Below, in pieces: positions 31,490 to 40,702 of a stretch of DNA of 64,000 bases. The translations under genes and the position numbers were made by a program. This DNA is from Myxococcota bacterium. Lineage in GTDB: Bacteria; Myxococcota_A; UBA796; SXON01. Below the pieces are notes generated by a model, which was not told where the DNA came from, ran no database searches, and saw nothing but the letters and a program-made list of their open reading frames with translations. How positions within the stretch are numbered: position 1 is the first letter of the stretch; the number at the start of each line of letters is the position of its first letter. The stretch covers positions 64,001 through 128,000 of the forward strand of contig JAZKFH010000025.1 of the NCBI GenBank assembly GCA_040386535.1. The letters run 5' to 3'.

Positions 31490-32032
31490 TTACGCGCGGC
31501 GGCGGCGGGACCCGAAGGCGATTGCCGCGGCTGCCAGGGACCAGGGGTAAGGAAGAGCCGTCCCGCCGGAAGAGCACCCCTTGGCGGGTGCGTCCACGTC
31601 CTTCCCAACCTCGTCCTCGTCGTCCGGATCCGGCCCCGCGGCCGTGTCGCCGGTCGAGGTGTCGCAGAGGTCGGGGGGATCGAGCTCGCCGTCGCAGTCG
31701 TCGTCCAGGCCGTTGCAGCGTTCGGGGGCGCCGGGGTAGCGGTCGGGGTCGGTGTCGTCGCAGTCGCGGCCGTCCACCTGCTCCTCGGTGAAGCCGTCTC
31801 CGTCGTCGTCGTAGAGGGGGGTGCCCTCGTCGATCGTGCCGTCGCAGTCGTCGTCGACGCCGTTCGGGAGCTCGGGGGCGCCCGGGTACACGTCGCGATT
31901 GCGGTCGTCACAATCCTCGGGCTCCTCGTAGCGGTCCCCGTCGTCGTCGCCGGGGGGAAACGCGGCGGCGGGGGCCGTGAAGGCGAGGAGGAGCAGGAGG
32001 GCCAGCGGCCGGAGGCGAAGGCGAGCGCGCAT
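31490..32032 (-). CDS. Small secreted MopE-related repeat protein with MYXO-CTERM-like tail
   Basis: Signal peptide; two DCDD..PGAPE..NG.DDDCDG repeats; GCSS + hydrophobic + RRRR. Confidence 0.82.
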   Translation of the reverse strand: MRARLRLRPLALLLLLAFTAPAAAFPPGDDDGDRYEEPEDCDDRNRDVYPGAPELPNGVDDDCDGTIDEGTPLYDDDGDGFTEEQVDGRDCDDTDPDRYPGAPERCNGLDDDCDGELDPPDLCDTSTGDTAAGPDPDDEDEVGKDVDAPAKGCSSGGTALPYPWSLAAAAIAFGSRRRRA

Positions 32033-32057
32033 GGTGCAACGATAGCCGCGGATCCCG

Positions 32058-35000
32058 CTACAAGGCGTTCGCCTCGATGACCTGGCGCGCGTCCTGCTGG
32101 AAGAGCTGGTCGTACGCCGCTTCGTTCTTGCGGAGCACGTCGCCGTAGCCCTCGGTCGGGTACCCCGGGCTGGGCGCCGGCGCGACGTTGAGCGCGTCGT
32201 CGCCGAGGTTGGCGAGGGCGTAGCGGTCGCCGAGCTTGGCGAGGACGCCGAGCGCGCCGCCGCCGTAGGGCACGAAAGCCGCGCCGCGCCCGTCGGTGCG
32301 CGCGGTGGTGGCGGTGCCGGCGCCGAACAGCCAGAGCTGCGCATCGGCCAGCGGCCTGCCCGCCGTGTCCGTGAGGTGGACGAGCGTGCCCGACCCGGCG
32401 CGGCTGTCCACGACGAGCTCGGCGTCGGTGCGCACGACCACCATGCGGCCCGCGGTGGCGCCGGCGGTGACCGTCACGACGTAGGCGCCTTCGGGCAGGG
32501 CGGGCAGCAGAACGTCGCCGTCGATGCCGACGGTCACGGTGCGGCTCGCGGTGGGCTTGAGGCCGGCGACGGAGAGGCTCGTGGCGTCGAGGGCGCCGGC
32601 GTCGCGGAGGAGGGCGGCCTCGAGGAGCACGCGGATCGCGGTGACGGTGACCTCGGCGCCGGGCCGCAGGTGCGCCTCGACGCGGGCGGGGATCCCGGGC
32701 GTGAGGACGAGGACCGTCGGGAGAGCGAGCTCCTCGCGGTCGAGCCACGCGCGCCGCTCCATCGCCTCGTCGGTGGCGCTCGCGTCGTAGGCGGCGCGGG
32801 CCTCGTCGAGGCGCCCGAGGGCCTCCAGCGCGCGCCCGCGCTCGAGGTCGACCTCGGGGGCGCCTTCGGGCGGCGCGTCGAGGGCGGCGAGGATGCGGAA
32901 GGCCTCGGCGGCGCGGCCCGCGGTGAGGGTGGCGCGGGCGTCCGCGAGGGAGAGGCGCCACGCGGCGGCGCCGTCGCGGTATCGGCGGGCGAGGGGGCCG
33001 GCGAGCGCGCGCTCCCGGGCGGGATCGTCGAGGGCGTGGAGGGCGTCGACGAGGAGGGCCGCGGCCTCGGGCGCCTGGGGGGCGTCGGGGTGGAGGAGGA
33101 GGAAGGTGGCGAGCTCGGCGGCGGCGGTGTGGCGGAGGGACGAGCGGGTGTAGCCGAGGCGGTCGCCGTCGCCCTCGGCGCGGCCGAGCAACATCGAGGG
33201 CGCGAGGTAGCGCGCGCTCACGACGGTGGGCACCTCGGGGTAGCGGTCCACGAGCTCGCGGAGCAGCTTGAGCGCGGTGAGCCCGAGGCCCGCGTCCTGG
33301 AGCTGGGAGACAGCGCCGAGCTCCTCCTTGAAGCGCGCGTCCATCACGACGCGCGTGGCGGCGTAGGCGCGCTTCGGATCGCCGGTGCGGGCGTAGGCGT
33401 GGGCCAGCGACGACGCGGTCTCCAGGCCGAGCGCGCCCTGGGGGACGTGCTCGCGGTACGCCTGGAAGGCCTCGATGAGGCCGTTCGGCTCGGCGCCGAC
33501 GCGGCGCGCGGCGAGGATGGAGATGCTGGCGCGTTCGAGGTCGGCGGCGGGGAGCGCCTCGGTGGCGAGCACCCCTTCGAGCAGCGCGGGGCCGGCAGGA
33601 TCGTTGGATGCGGAGAGCCGGAGGCCGAGCAGCAGGCGCTCGCGGGGGCTCATCACGTCGGTGGCGGCGCTGTCGCGGGCGGGCTCGACGGTGAGCCTCG
33701 CGCGGCCGTCGGCCAGCGCGGCGCCGTCGGGGCCGAACCAGCGGACGAGCAGGTCTTCGGTGCCGACGACGCTGGTCACCGTGCACCCCACGGTGCGGGC
33801 GTCGGCGGCGGGTGCGAGGTCGACGAACGCGGCATCGGGACACACGAGCCGCGTCGGGAGGGCGAAGGCGGGGACCTGGATCCAGAGAGGGACGACGCGG
33901 CCGGCGGGCGCCGAGGTGGCGGCCAGGCTCGCGAGCGGCCCGGTCGCGACGGTGCCCTCGATGAAGCGGCCACGCGGGAAGGTCTCCCCGCGCCACGCGG
34001 CGAGGGGGGCCTCGACGGCGACGAGGAGGGGCGCCTTCGAGGCGACGGGGCTGGGAAAGGACCCGACGCCGCTCTTCGTCGCGGGCAACAACGTGAGCGC
34101 GTGCAGCGCGAGGGCGCGGTCGGCGGGCTGGGCGGCCTCGGCGCGGGCGGTGGCCCACCACGCGGCGGCGAAGCGGGGGTCGGCCTTTCCGAGCACCACG
34201 GCGCGGGCCGCGGCGACCACGGGCGCGTCGCCGACGAGGGCCGCGCGGGCGTCTTCGGGGGCGCCGGCCACGTGCAGGGCGAGACCGGCGCGGGCGCGCG
34301 CCCAGGGCTCGAGATCGGCGGTGCGGAGGAGCCGGGCGGCGGCGGCGCGGGCGCGGTCCGGATCGGTGGCGGCGAGGGAGAGGGCGGCCACGGCCCGATC
34401 GGCTCGGCGCAGGTCGGGGATGGCGTCGAGGTCGGTGCCGCGGATGGCGCCGGCGCCCTTTCCGGTGAGGGTGCGCGCGAGCACGGCGGACGGTCCGCTG
34501 GGGTCGAGCGTCCAGGCGGCGTGGAGGGCCGGCTCGGCGCCGGGTACGCCCGCCTTCGTGAGCGCGGCGAGGGCGTGGGCCCGCGCGTCGATCGGGAGCG
34601 AGCGGGCGAGGGGGAGGAGCGAGGCGGGGGCGCCGTCCCAGGCGTCCGGGGCGACGTACGCGGCGGGGGCGGGCATCGCGGTGAGCGGCGCCCCGCCCAC
34701 GTCGAGGCGCACCATCCGGCTGGTCCACCGGCCGTCGGGCAGGCGGGCGACCAACTCGAGGTCGGCCGCGGCAATCCACGTCGGGACGTCAAAATGCATG
34801 GGGCCCGGGGCGGCGGCCTCGAGGACGCCGAGGGAGTGGGGGTCGCCGATCAACGCGGCACGGTCGAGCCCGCCGAGGATGATGCCGCCGCCGGTGTCGA
34901 TGCTGCCGTAGCCACCGCCGCCGCTGCCGTAGCCGGACGCGCTCATGCCCCCGAGGCCCATCGACGCGCCGACCTCCGCGGCCGCGCTGAACCCGAAGTC

Positions 35001-38000
35001 CACCCGCTCCATGTCGGTCACCTCGGCGAGCCGCTCCTCCTCTTCGAGCAGCGCGGCGGCGATGGCCTCGCCCCACCGCGCTTCGGGCGACCACGCGTCG
35101 CCGACCGTGCCCGGCGTGCCGTTCCAGAGGGGGGCCACGTTCGCCGGGCTCCCCCTCCGGCCGTTCGCCGCGTCGCGCAAGAACGCCCAGATGCGCGTCC
35201 CCTCGGGCAGCGCGGTGCCGACGTCGAGCGTAGACGAGCCGCCGCGCGCGAGTGTGCCCGTGACCCCGATCTGGGCCGGCTCGGCGCCGCGGAGCGGGAT
35301 CGCCCCTACGGCATCGTCCGCCACCTGCACCCACGCCCGCCGCGTGCCGTCGGCGTTCCCGACGAGGAGCGAGTCGCCCGTGCGCACGATGCGCGCCGAG
35401 CGGATCCCCTCTGCCGTCACCGCCGAGAGGATCGGCGCGCCCGTCCAGCGGCCCGCCGCGTCGACCGCGCCGTCCGCCACGACCACCGGCGTCACGGGGC
35501 CGCATCGATCGACCCACGCGCAGAGCGACCACGTGCCGGCCGTCGGGAGGGTGATCGGCTCGCCGCCGCGCGCCCAGCGCGAGGTCCCGGTGTCGGACGT
35601 GGCGAGGAGCCAGCCGCCGGGGGGGACGGTCGCGCTGAAGGCGGCGCCTGCTGCCACGACGGCCGGCACCCCGGCGAGCGCGTCGGGGAGGTAGGGGCTG
35701 CTCACGTCTACGCCGGCCCCCCAACCGCGGCCGTCGGGAAGGCGGAAGGCCGCCGAAACGCTGGTGGGGTCGTCCGCGGAGGTGAGGTCGACGGAGAACG
35801 TGGCGCCCTCCGGCCCGAGCACGAGCGGGGTGGTGCTGGTCGACCATCCGGTCATGACCGTGAACTCCCCCGCGAGGCCGTTCGGTCCCAGCGGCTCCAC
35901 GGGCACGATCCGCGCCTCGACGCGCTCGCCGGGGCGCGGGTTGGCGGGCGTCCACGTGATCCGCACGAGCGGCCGGTCGTCGAACGGCGCCTTCACGACC
36001 GCCTGGGCAAGCTCCGTGTCCCCCGACACGAGCGCCACGCTGCCTCGCCCCATCACGAAGAGCCGCGCGCGCGCCGCGCCGTTCACCAGCGTGACCGGCA
36101 CCTCCTCGATCACGTTGCGGTCGTCGTTCCGGCTCTGCAACCGCAGCGGCCCGCCTCCAGACGCCCCCGAAGGCCGCGACCCGAACACCGACACGTCGAC
36201 CACCGCGCCCTCGACGGGCACCGCGCGGTCCCACGGCACCACGCTCCACGTGTCCGAAACGACCTCGGCGGCTTGGCCGGGGCTCGCCGTCGCGAAGCCG
36301 AGCGCGTTGCCCTTGCGCGCCATCACGCGGAGGGCGTCGGGGAGCGAGCGGAGCACGACGACGCCGGTGCCGTCGGTGCGCGCGCGGTGGGTGACGCCGG
36401 CAGAGTCGAGGAGGAGCAGATCGGCGCCGCCCACGGGCGCGCTCCCACGGAGGACCGCGAGCGCCACGTCCGCGCCCCGGCGGATCACCTGCACGTCGAG
36501 CGGATCGGCCACGACCAGGGCGGTGGCACGCTGATCCCCGGCGCGGATCGTGAGGGCGGTGAGCGGGCCCCCGCCGCGCGGCGACACGGGGACGGTCTTC
36601 AGCAGACCGTCGGGCTGGGGCACGTCCCGGGTGAGGTCGGGGTCGAGCAGGAAGGCGTCCAGCGTCGCGTCGAGGGGGTGGCCGCCGGTGGCGCGGAACA
36701 GGGCCTCCGGATCGACGCGATGCTGGCTCACACGGAGGACATCCGCGGCGGATGCGGTCACGTCGAGGCCCCCGGCCCGCGGCCCGAGGTGGAGGCGCGG
36801 GGTGCCGACGGCGTGGCCGTAGAGGGCGGAGGCGCCGACGCCGGAGGGGGAGGTGCACACCGTCGTGAAGCGGAGTGCCTCGTCACGGTTGGAGCCGGCG
36901 GCCACGAGCCGATCGCCGAGCTCGTCGCACCAGGCGCCGTCGGGGAAGCGGGCGGCGAGCGCCCAGAGCGCGTCGGTGCGGCCCGCGCCGTCGGGGATCG
37001 CGAGGTGGAGGAGCGCGGCGGTTCCCGCGCCGTCGGGCGTCTGGAGCGCGGAGACCGCGGCGGCCGTGCGTTCGGGCCCCTCCTTCCCCGCGTACACGCC
37101 CTCCACGAGCGCCTGGTAGGCGGCCTGGCGCGCCGCGTCTCCCCGAGCGGAGGCGCCCTCCCGGGCGGCGATCGCCATCCACAACGCCCGCCGCTTCGTG
37201 GGGTCGGGCGTCGCGGCGGCGCGCGCCTCGCGGGCCTCGAGCGCGACCGAAGGCATCGCCTCCAACAAGGCGAGCGTCGCGACGCCGAGGTCGGGATCAC
37301 GCCCGGCCACCTCGACCGCGTGGTCGAGGCGCAGCTTCGGGATCGCCGGATCCTCGGGGAAGCGGGCGCCGAGCGCGGCCAGCGCGTCGAGCACGAGCGG
37401 ATCGGGGACGTCGAGGCCCACGAGGTGGGTGGCGGCGGCGATCGCGTCGACCCGATCGGCCTCGACGGTCAACCGCACGAGCCACGCCGCGGCGGCCCCA
37501 GGGCGGCTCTTCGCCAGCCCCATCGCGACGCGCAGGCGCGCGGGTACATTGCCGGGCTCCTCCTCGAGGCGACGGCGCGCGGCCTTCTCGGGCTCGCCGG
37601 CCGAGAGGTGCGGCGGCAGGCGGAAGAGCGCGTCCTCGGCTTCCTTGCGGACGGCGGGGGAGGGGACCAAACCCATCGCGGCGAGCAGGAATTGCGCGGC
37701 GCCGTCGGGATCGAGCGCGGCGCGCTCCCCGGCCCAGCCCACGAGCAGCTTCCCGAGCGCATCTCGGTGGGCGCCGGCAAGCGCGAGATCCATCTGGGCC
37801 AACGCGAGCGCGGAGGCGTTCGCCAGGTCGCCGCGGGCGGCGGCGAGGTCGATGCGGCCCCACACGTCGCGCAACGCCTGCCCGCTGAACAGCCGCGCCG
37901 CCGCGTTGTAGTCCCGCGCGAGGAGAGCGTGCCGGCCGGCGGTCCATCGCAGCGTCGCGTCGTCCCCGTCGAGGAGGCGGATTGCGTCGCCCGAGCGCCC

Positions 38001-38105
38001 GTCGAGCGCGGCCCGGAGCGCCTGCTCCTCGATCGTCGGGGCGGCCCAGGCGGAGGGGACGAGGCCGGGGAGGGCGCAGAGAGCGAGCAGCGAGAGGGAG
38101 CGCAT
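32058..38105 (-). CDS. Giant secreted protein (~2015 aa), TPR plus macroglobulin (MG)-like domains
   Basis: Signal peptide MRSLSLLALCALP; helical TPR-like blocks; two 'P..A...ARTDG.G' MG-type segments; no CxEQ thioester seen. Confidence 0.7.
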   Translation of the reverse strand: MRSLSLLALCALPGLVPSAWAAPTIEEQALRAALDGRSGDAIRLLDGDDATLRWTAGRHALLARDYNAAARLFSGQALRDVWGRIDLAAARGDLANASALALAQMDLALAGAHRDALGKLLVGWAGERAALDPDGAAQFLLAAMGLVPSPAVRKEAEDALFRLPPHLSAGEPEKAARRRLEEEPGNVPARLRVAMGLAKSRPGAAAAWLVRLTVEADRVDAIAAATHLVGLDVPDPLVLDALAALGARFPEDPAIPKLRLDHAVEVAGRDPDLGVATLALLEAMPSVALEAREARAAATPDPTKRRALWMAIAAREGASARGDAARQAAYQALVEGVYAGKEGPERTAAAVSALQTPDGAGTAALLHLAIPDGAGRTDALWALAARFPDGAWCDELGDRLVAAGSNRDEALRFTTVCTSPSGVGASALYGHAVGTPRLHLGPRAGGLDVTASAADVLRVSQHRVDPEALFRATGGHPLDATLDAFLLDPDLTRDVPQPDGLLKTVPVSPRGGGPLTALTIRAGDQRATALVVADPLDVQVIRRGADVALAVLRGSAPVGGADLLLLDSAGVTHRARTDGTGVVVLRSLPDALRVMARKGNALGFATASPGQAAEVVSDTWSVVPWDRAVPVEGAVVDVSVFGSRPSGASGGGPLRLQSRNDDRNVIEEVPVTLVNGAARARLFVMGRGSVALVSGDTELAQAVVKAPFDDRPLVRITWTPANPRPGERVEARIVPVEPLGPNGLAGEFTVMTGWSTSTTPLVLGPEGATFSVDLTSADDPTSVSAAFRLPDGRGWGAGVDVSSPYLPDALAGVPAVVAAGAAFSATVPPGGWLLATSDTGTSRWARGGEPITLPTAGTWSLCAWVDRCGPVTPVVVADGAVDAAGRWTGAPILSAVTAEGIRSARIVRTGDSLLVGNADGTRRAWVQVADDAVGAIPLRGAEPAQIGVTGTLARGGSSTLDVGTALPEGTRIWAFLRDAANGRRGSPANVAPLWNGTPGTVGDAWSPEARWGEAIAAALLEEEERLAEVTDMERVDFGFSAAAEVGASMGLGGMSASGYGSGGGGYGSIDTGGGIILGGLDRAALIGDPHSLGVLEAAAPGPMHFDVPTWIAAADLELVARLPDGRWTSRMVRLDVGGAPLTAMPAPAAYVAPDAWDGAPASLLPLARSLPIDARAHALAALTKAGVPGAEPALHAAWTLDPSGPSAVLARTLTGKGAGAIRGTDLDAIPDLRRADRAVAALSLAATDPDRARAAAARLLRTADLEPWARARAGLALHVAGAPEDARAALVGDAPVVAAARAVVLGKADPRFAAAWWATARAEAAQPADRALALHALTLLPATKSGVGSFPSPVASKAPLLVAVEAPLAAWRGETFPRGRFIEGTVATGPLASLAATSAPAGRVVPLWIQVPAFALPTRLVCPDAAFVDLAPAADARTVGCTVTSVVGTEDLLVRWFGPDGAALADGRARLTVEPARDSAATDVMSPRERLLLGLRLSASNDPAGPALLEGVLATEALPAADLERASISILAARRVGAEPNGLIEAFQAYREHVPQGALGLETASSLAHAYARTGDPKRAYAATRVVMDARFKEELGAVSQLQDAGLGLTALKLLRELVDRYPEVPTVVSARYLAPSMLLGRAEGDGDRLGYTRSSLRHTAAAELATFLLLHPDAPQAPEAAALLVDALHALDDPARERALAGPLARRYRDGAAAWRLSLADARATLTAGRAAEAFRILAALDAPPEGAPEVDLERGRALEALGRLDEARAAYDASATDEAMERRAWLDREELALPTVLVLTPGIPARVEAHLRPGAEVTVTAIRVLLEAALLRDAGALDATSLSVAGLKPTASRTVTVGIDGDVLLPALPEGAYVVTVTAGATAGRMVVVRTDAELVVDSRAGSGTLVHLTDTAGRPLADAQLWLFGAGTATTARTDGRGAAFVPYGGGALGVLAKLGDRYALANLGDDALNVAPAPSPGYPTEGYGDVLRKNEAAYDQLFQQDARQVIEANAL

Positions 38106-38296
38106 GACGGGACTGACTCCGGCGTCGGCAGGGGGTGCCGCGAACGGCGGGACATTGACACAGGCTTGACCGGGGCGCGAGGGGCCCGTTGCGACGGAGG
38201 GCGGCGGTCGGCGTGGGCGGCCCCTGCACCGGATTTGCACGAACTCTCCCGCCTCCCGCGCGCCAGCGAGCTCGATCCGCGCGGTAGGCTGCGCGA

Positions 38297-40702
38297 ATGC
38301 GACGATCGCCCGCGGTCCTCTCCCTCGTGTTGGCGCTCGCGCCCCCTCTCGCGCCGGCTGCCCACGCGGCCGACGGCACGGCCACGCTCCCCCTCGACCA
38401 GTGGGAGGGCCTGCTCGACGCGGTGGATGCCGCGGCCCTGCGCGCGCCGCCGCCCGTGCCCGTCCTCCAGGTCGATCGGCTGGTGGAGGGCGCCTATCGG
38501 CGCGGCGTGTTCACGGGCACGCTCTCCACGCGGTTCGTCGTGCCCCCGGGGCAGGCCGACATTCGCGTGCCGATCCTCGACCAGGGCGCGTCCATCGCGT
38601 CGGTCGAGCTCGACGGCCGCACCACCTCGCTCCTCCCCGAGGGCGGCTTCTACACCGTCGCCATCGACACTCCGGGGCCGCACACCCTGCGCGTCGCCTT
38701 CTTCGTCGGGCGCGAGGACGACCGCTTCGCGCGGCGCCTCCAGCTCGCGCTCCCCCCCGCGGGGCCGACGCGCCTGTCCGTATGGGTGCCGGAGGAGCAG
38801 ATCGAGGCCGAGCTCGCGCAGGGCGGCGTGACCGGGATCCGCGCCGAGACCGGCGGCACGCGCATCGACGGGCAGCTCGACGGGCGCGGCGGGGTCGACC
38901 TCGCGTGGAAGGGGCAGCTCCAGCAGGCGGCGGGGCCGGTGAAGCTCGAGGCCGAGGAGTACGCCATCTTCACGCTCCACGAGGCGCTGGTGCGCGGCGT
39001 GGCGGTGATCGACGCGACGGTGCTCGAGGGTGAGACCGACCGCATCGTGCTCACCGTGCCCGAGGACGTCGAGATCGTCGACGTGCTCGGCGACGCGGTG
39101 CTCCAGTGGCAGACCGAGCCCGGTCGCGTCGTCGTCCTCCTCCGCTACCTCGTCGCCGACGCCGCGCGGTTCCGCGTCCAGTTCCAGTTCCCCGTCGATC
39201 TGGAGAAGCCGGTGACCCTCCGGTTGCCGCTGCCCGAGGCGGGGGTGCCCTTCCGCGGCGCCATCGGCGTGCTCGGCCCTGCGGGGCTGCGCGCGGAGGT
39301 GCGCTCGGCCGAGGGCGCCGAGGCCCTGCGCGACCTGCCCGCCGAGCTGGCCGCGCTCACGACGGATCCCCTGCTCGTCGGCTTCGACTTCCACGCCGCG
39401 CCCGCCGTGGTGCTCGACGTGACGCGCGAGGCCGAGGTGGAGCTCACCAGCACGATCGTGGACGATCTCGAGGCCTCCACCGTGCTCATCGAGGACGGCG
39501 CCGAGATCACCAAGGTGCAGCTCCGCGTCCGCAATCGCACGCGCCAGTACCTCTCCGCGAAGCTGCCCGCGGGCGCGGTCCTCACGCACGCCCGCATCGA
39601 CGGGCGCCCGGTCCGCCCCGCGGTCGTGATCGACGCCGACGGCGAGTCGCTCCTCTTTCCGCTCGTGCAGAGCGAGCGCCTCGCGGCCGGCGCCACGCAG
39701 ACGTGGGTGGTGCGCGACGGCGACACGCTCGGCGGCATCGCCGACCGCTTCTACTCCGACCCGGGCGAGTGGTCGGTCATCCTCTCCGAGAACAACGACC
39801 AGCTCGGGTCGCCGCTCGATCTCGCGCCGGGCCAACGCCTCCGCATCCCGTCGAAGCCGGGCGTCGCCGTGCAGGAGAGCAGCTTCGTCATCGAGCTGGC
39901 GTGGACCCGGGCCGGCCCCGAGATGGGGTGGCTCGGCCGCCGCGCGCTCACCCTCCCGGAGCTCGACGCGGACGTGCTCTCCGCCACCTGGCACGTCTAC
40001 GTGCCCGACGCGCTCGTGCCCCTCTCGTTCGACGCGAACCTGACGCAGTACAGCGACATCCGCTACGACCACCTGCGCCGGGTGCGGCAGTTCCTGGACG
40101 CCGCGTTCGGCGGGAACGACGCCTGGGCGGGGGGCGGCTACGAGAGCATCCTGTCGCGACGCAAATCCATCTACCAGGAGGAGGCGTCGCGCCTCGTGGG
40201 CGCCCAGGAGGCCACCAGCAGCTTCCCGCTCGTCGGCGAGCGTTATCGCTTCAAGCGCCTGCTCCCCGGGCGAGAAGTGCCGACGTTGTCGGTCACCTGG
40301 TTGTCCCGCTCGCTCGTCCCTGGGGTGCGGTGGGCGGCGTTCGCCGCGGCGCTCGCGCTCGCCGTCGCGGGCCTCCGCGGGGGGCGCAAGCTGGGCGTGG
40401 CGGCGGGCTTCGCGGCGCTCCTCCTGGTGGCCTGGTACGTCGAGGGCGTCCACCGCCGCATCGTCTGGGGTGTCGACGTGGCGCTGATCCTGACGCTCGT
40501 GGCCACCGGTCGTGCACGCGCCCTCGCGGCTCGCGGCGGCGGGCTCCCGGGGTGGCGCGCCCTCGGCGATCACCTCCGCTTCGGCAACCTCGCGCGGGTC
40601 TTCCTCGCGGTGTTCGCGCTCTACCTGCTCCTGATGGTGCCCCTCCTCTGGTCCACCGTCGCCCTCGTCTCGCTCGCCTTCGTCGCCCGGAGGGCCGCAT
40701 GA
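38297..40702 (+). CDS. Secreted/membrane protein with inserted LysM domain and C-terminal TM helices
   Basis: Signal peptide; LysM 'WVVRDGDTLGGIADRFY...LAPGQRLRIP' (~39700-39850); hydrophobic C-terminus. Confidence 0.82.
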   Translation: MRRSPAVLSLVLALAPPLAPAAHAADGTATLPLDQWEGLLDAVDAAALRAPPPVPVLQVDRLVEGAYRRGVFTGTLSTRFVVPPGQADIRVPILDQGASIASVELDGRTTSLLPEGGFYTVAIDTPGPHTLRVAFFVGREDDRFARRLQLALPPAGPTRLSVWVPEEQIEAELAQGGVTGIRAETGGTRIDGQLDGRGGVDLAWKGQLQQAAGPVKLEAEEYAIFTLHEALVRGVAVIDATVLEGETDRIVLTVPEDVEIVDVLGDAVLQWQTEPGRVVVLLRYLVADAARFRVQFQFPVDLEKPVTLRLPLPEAGVPFRGAIGVLGPAGLRAEVRSAEGAEALRDLPAELAALTTDPLLVGFDFHAAPAVVLDVTREAEVELTSTIVDDLEASTVLIEDGAEITKVQLRVRNRTRQYLSAKLPAGAVLTHARIDGRPVRPAVVIDADGESLLFPLVQSERLAAGATQTWVVRDGDTLGGIADRFYSDPGEWSVILSENNDQLGSPLDLAPGQRLRIPSKPGVAVQESSFVIELAWTRAGPEMGWLGRRALTLPELDADVLSATWHVYVPDALVPLSFDANLTQYSDIRYDHLRRVRQFLDAAFGGNDAWAGGGYESILSRRKSIYQEEASRLVGAQEATSSFPLVGERYRFKRLLPGREVPTLSVTWLSRSLVPGVRWAAFAAALALAVAGLRGGRKLGVAAGFAALLLVAWYVEGVHRRIVWGVDVALILTLVATGRARALAARGGGLPGWRALGDHLRFGNLARVFLAVFALYLLLMVPLLWSTVALVSLAFVARRAA

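Noticed and set aside
38224..38240. Sigma-54 promoter CTGCAC-N5-TTGCA upstream of the LysM gene
   Set aside because: The invariant GG at -24 is absent (TG instead).
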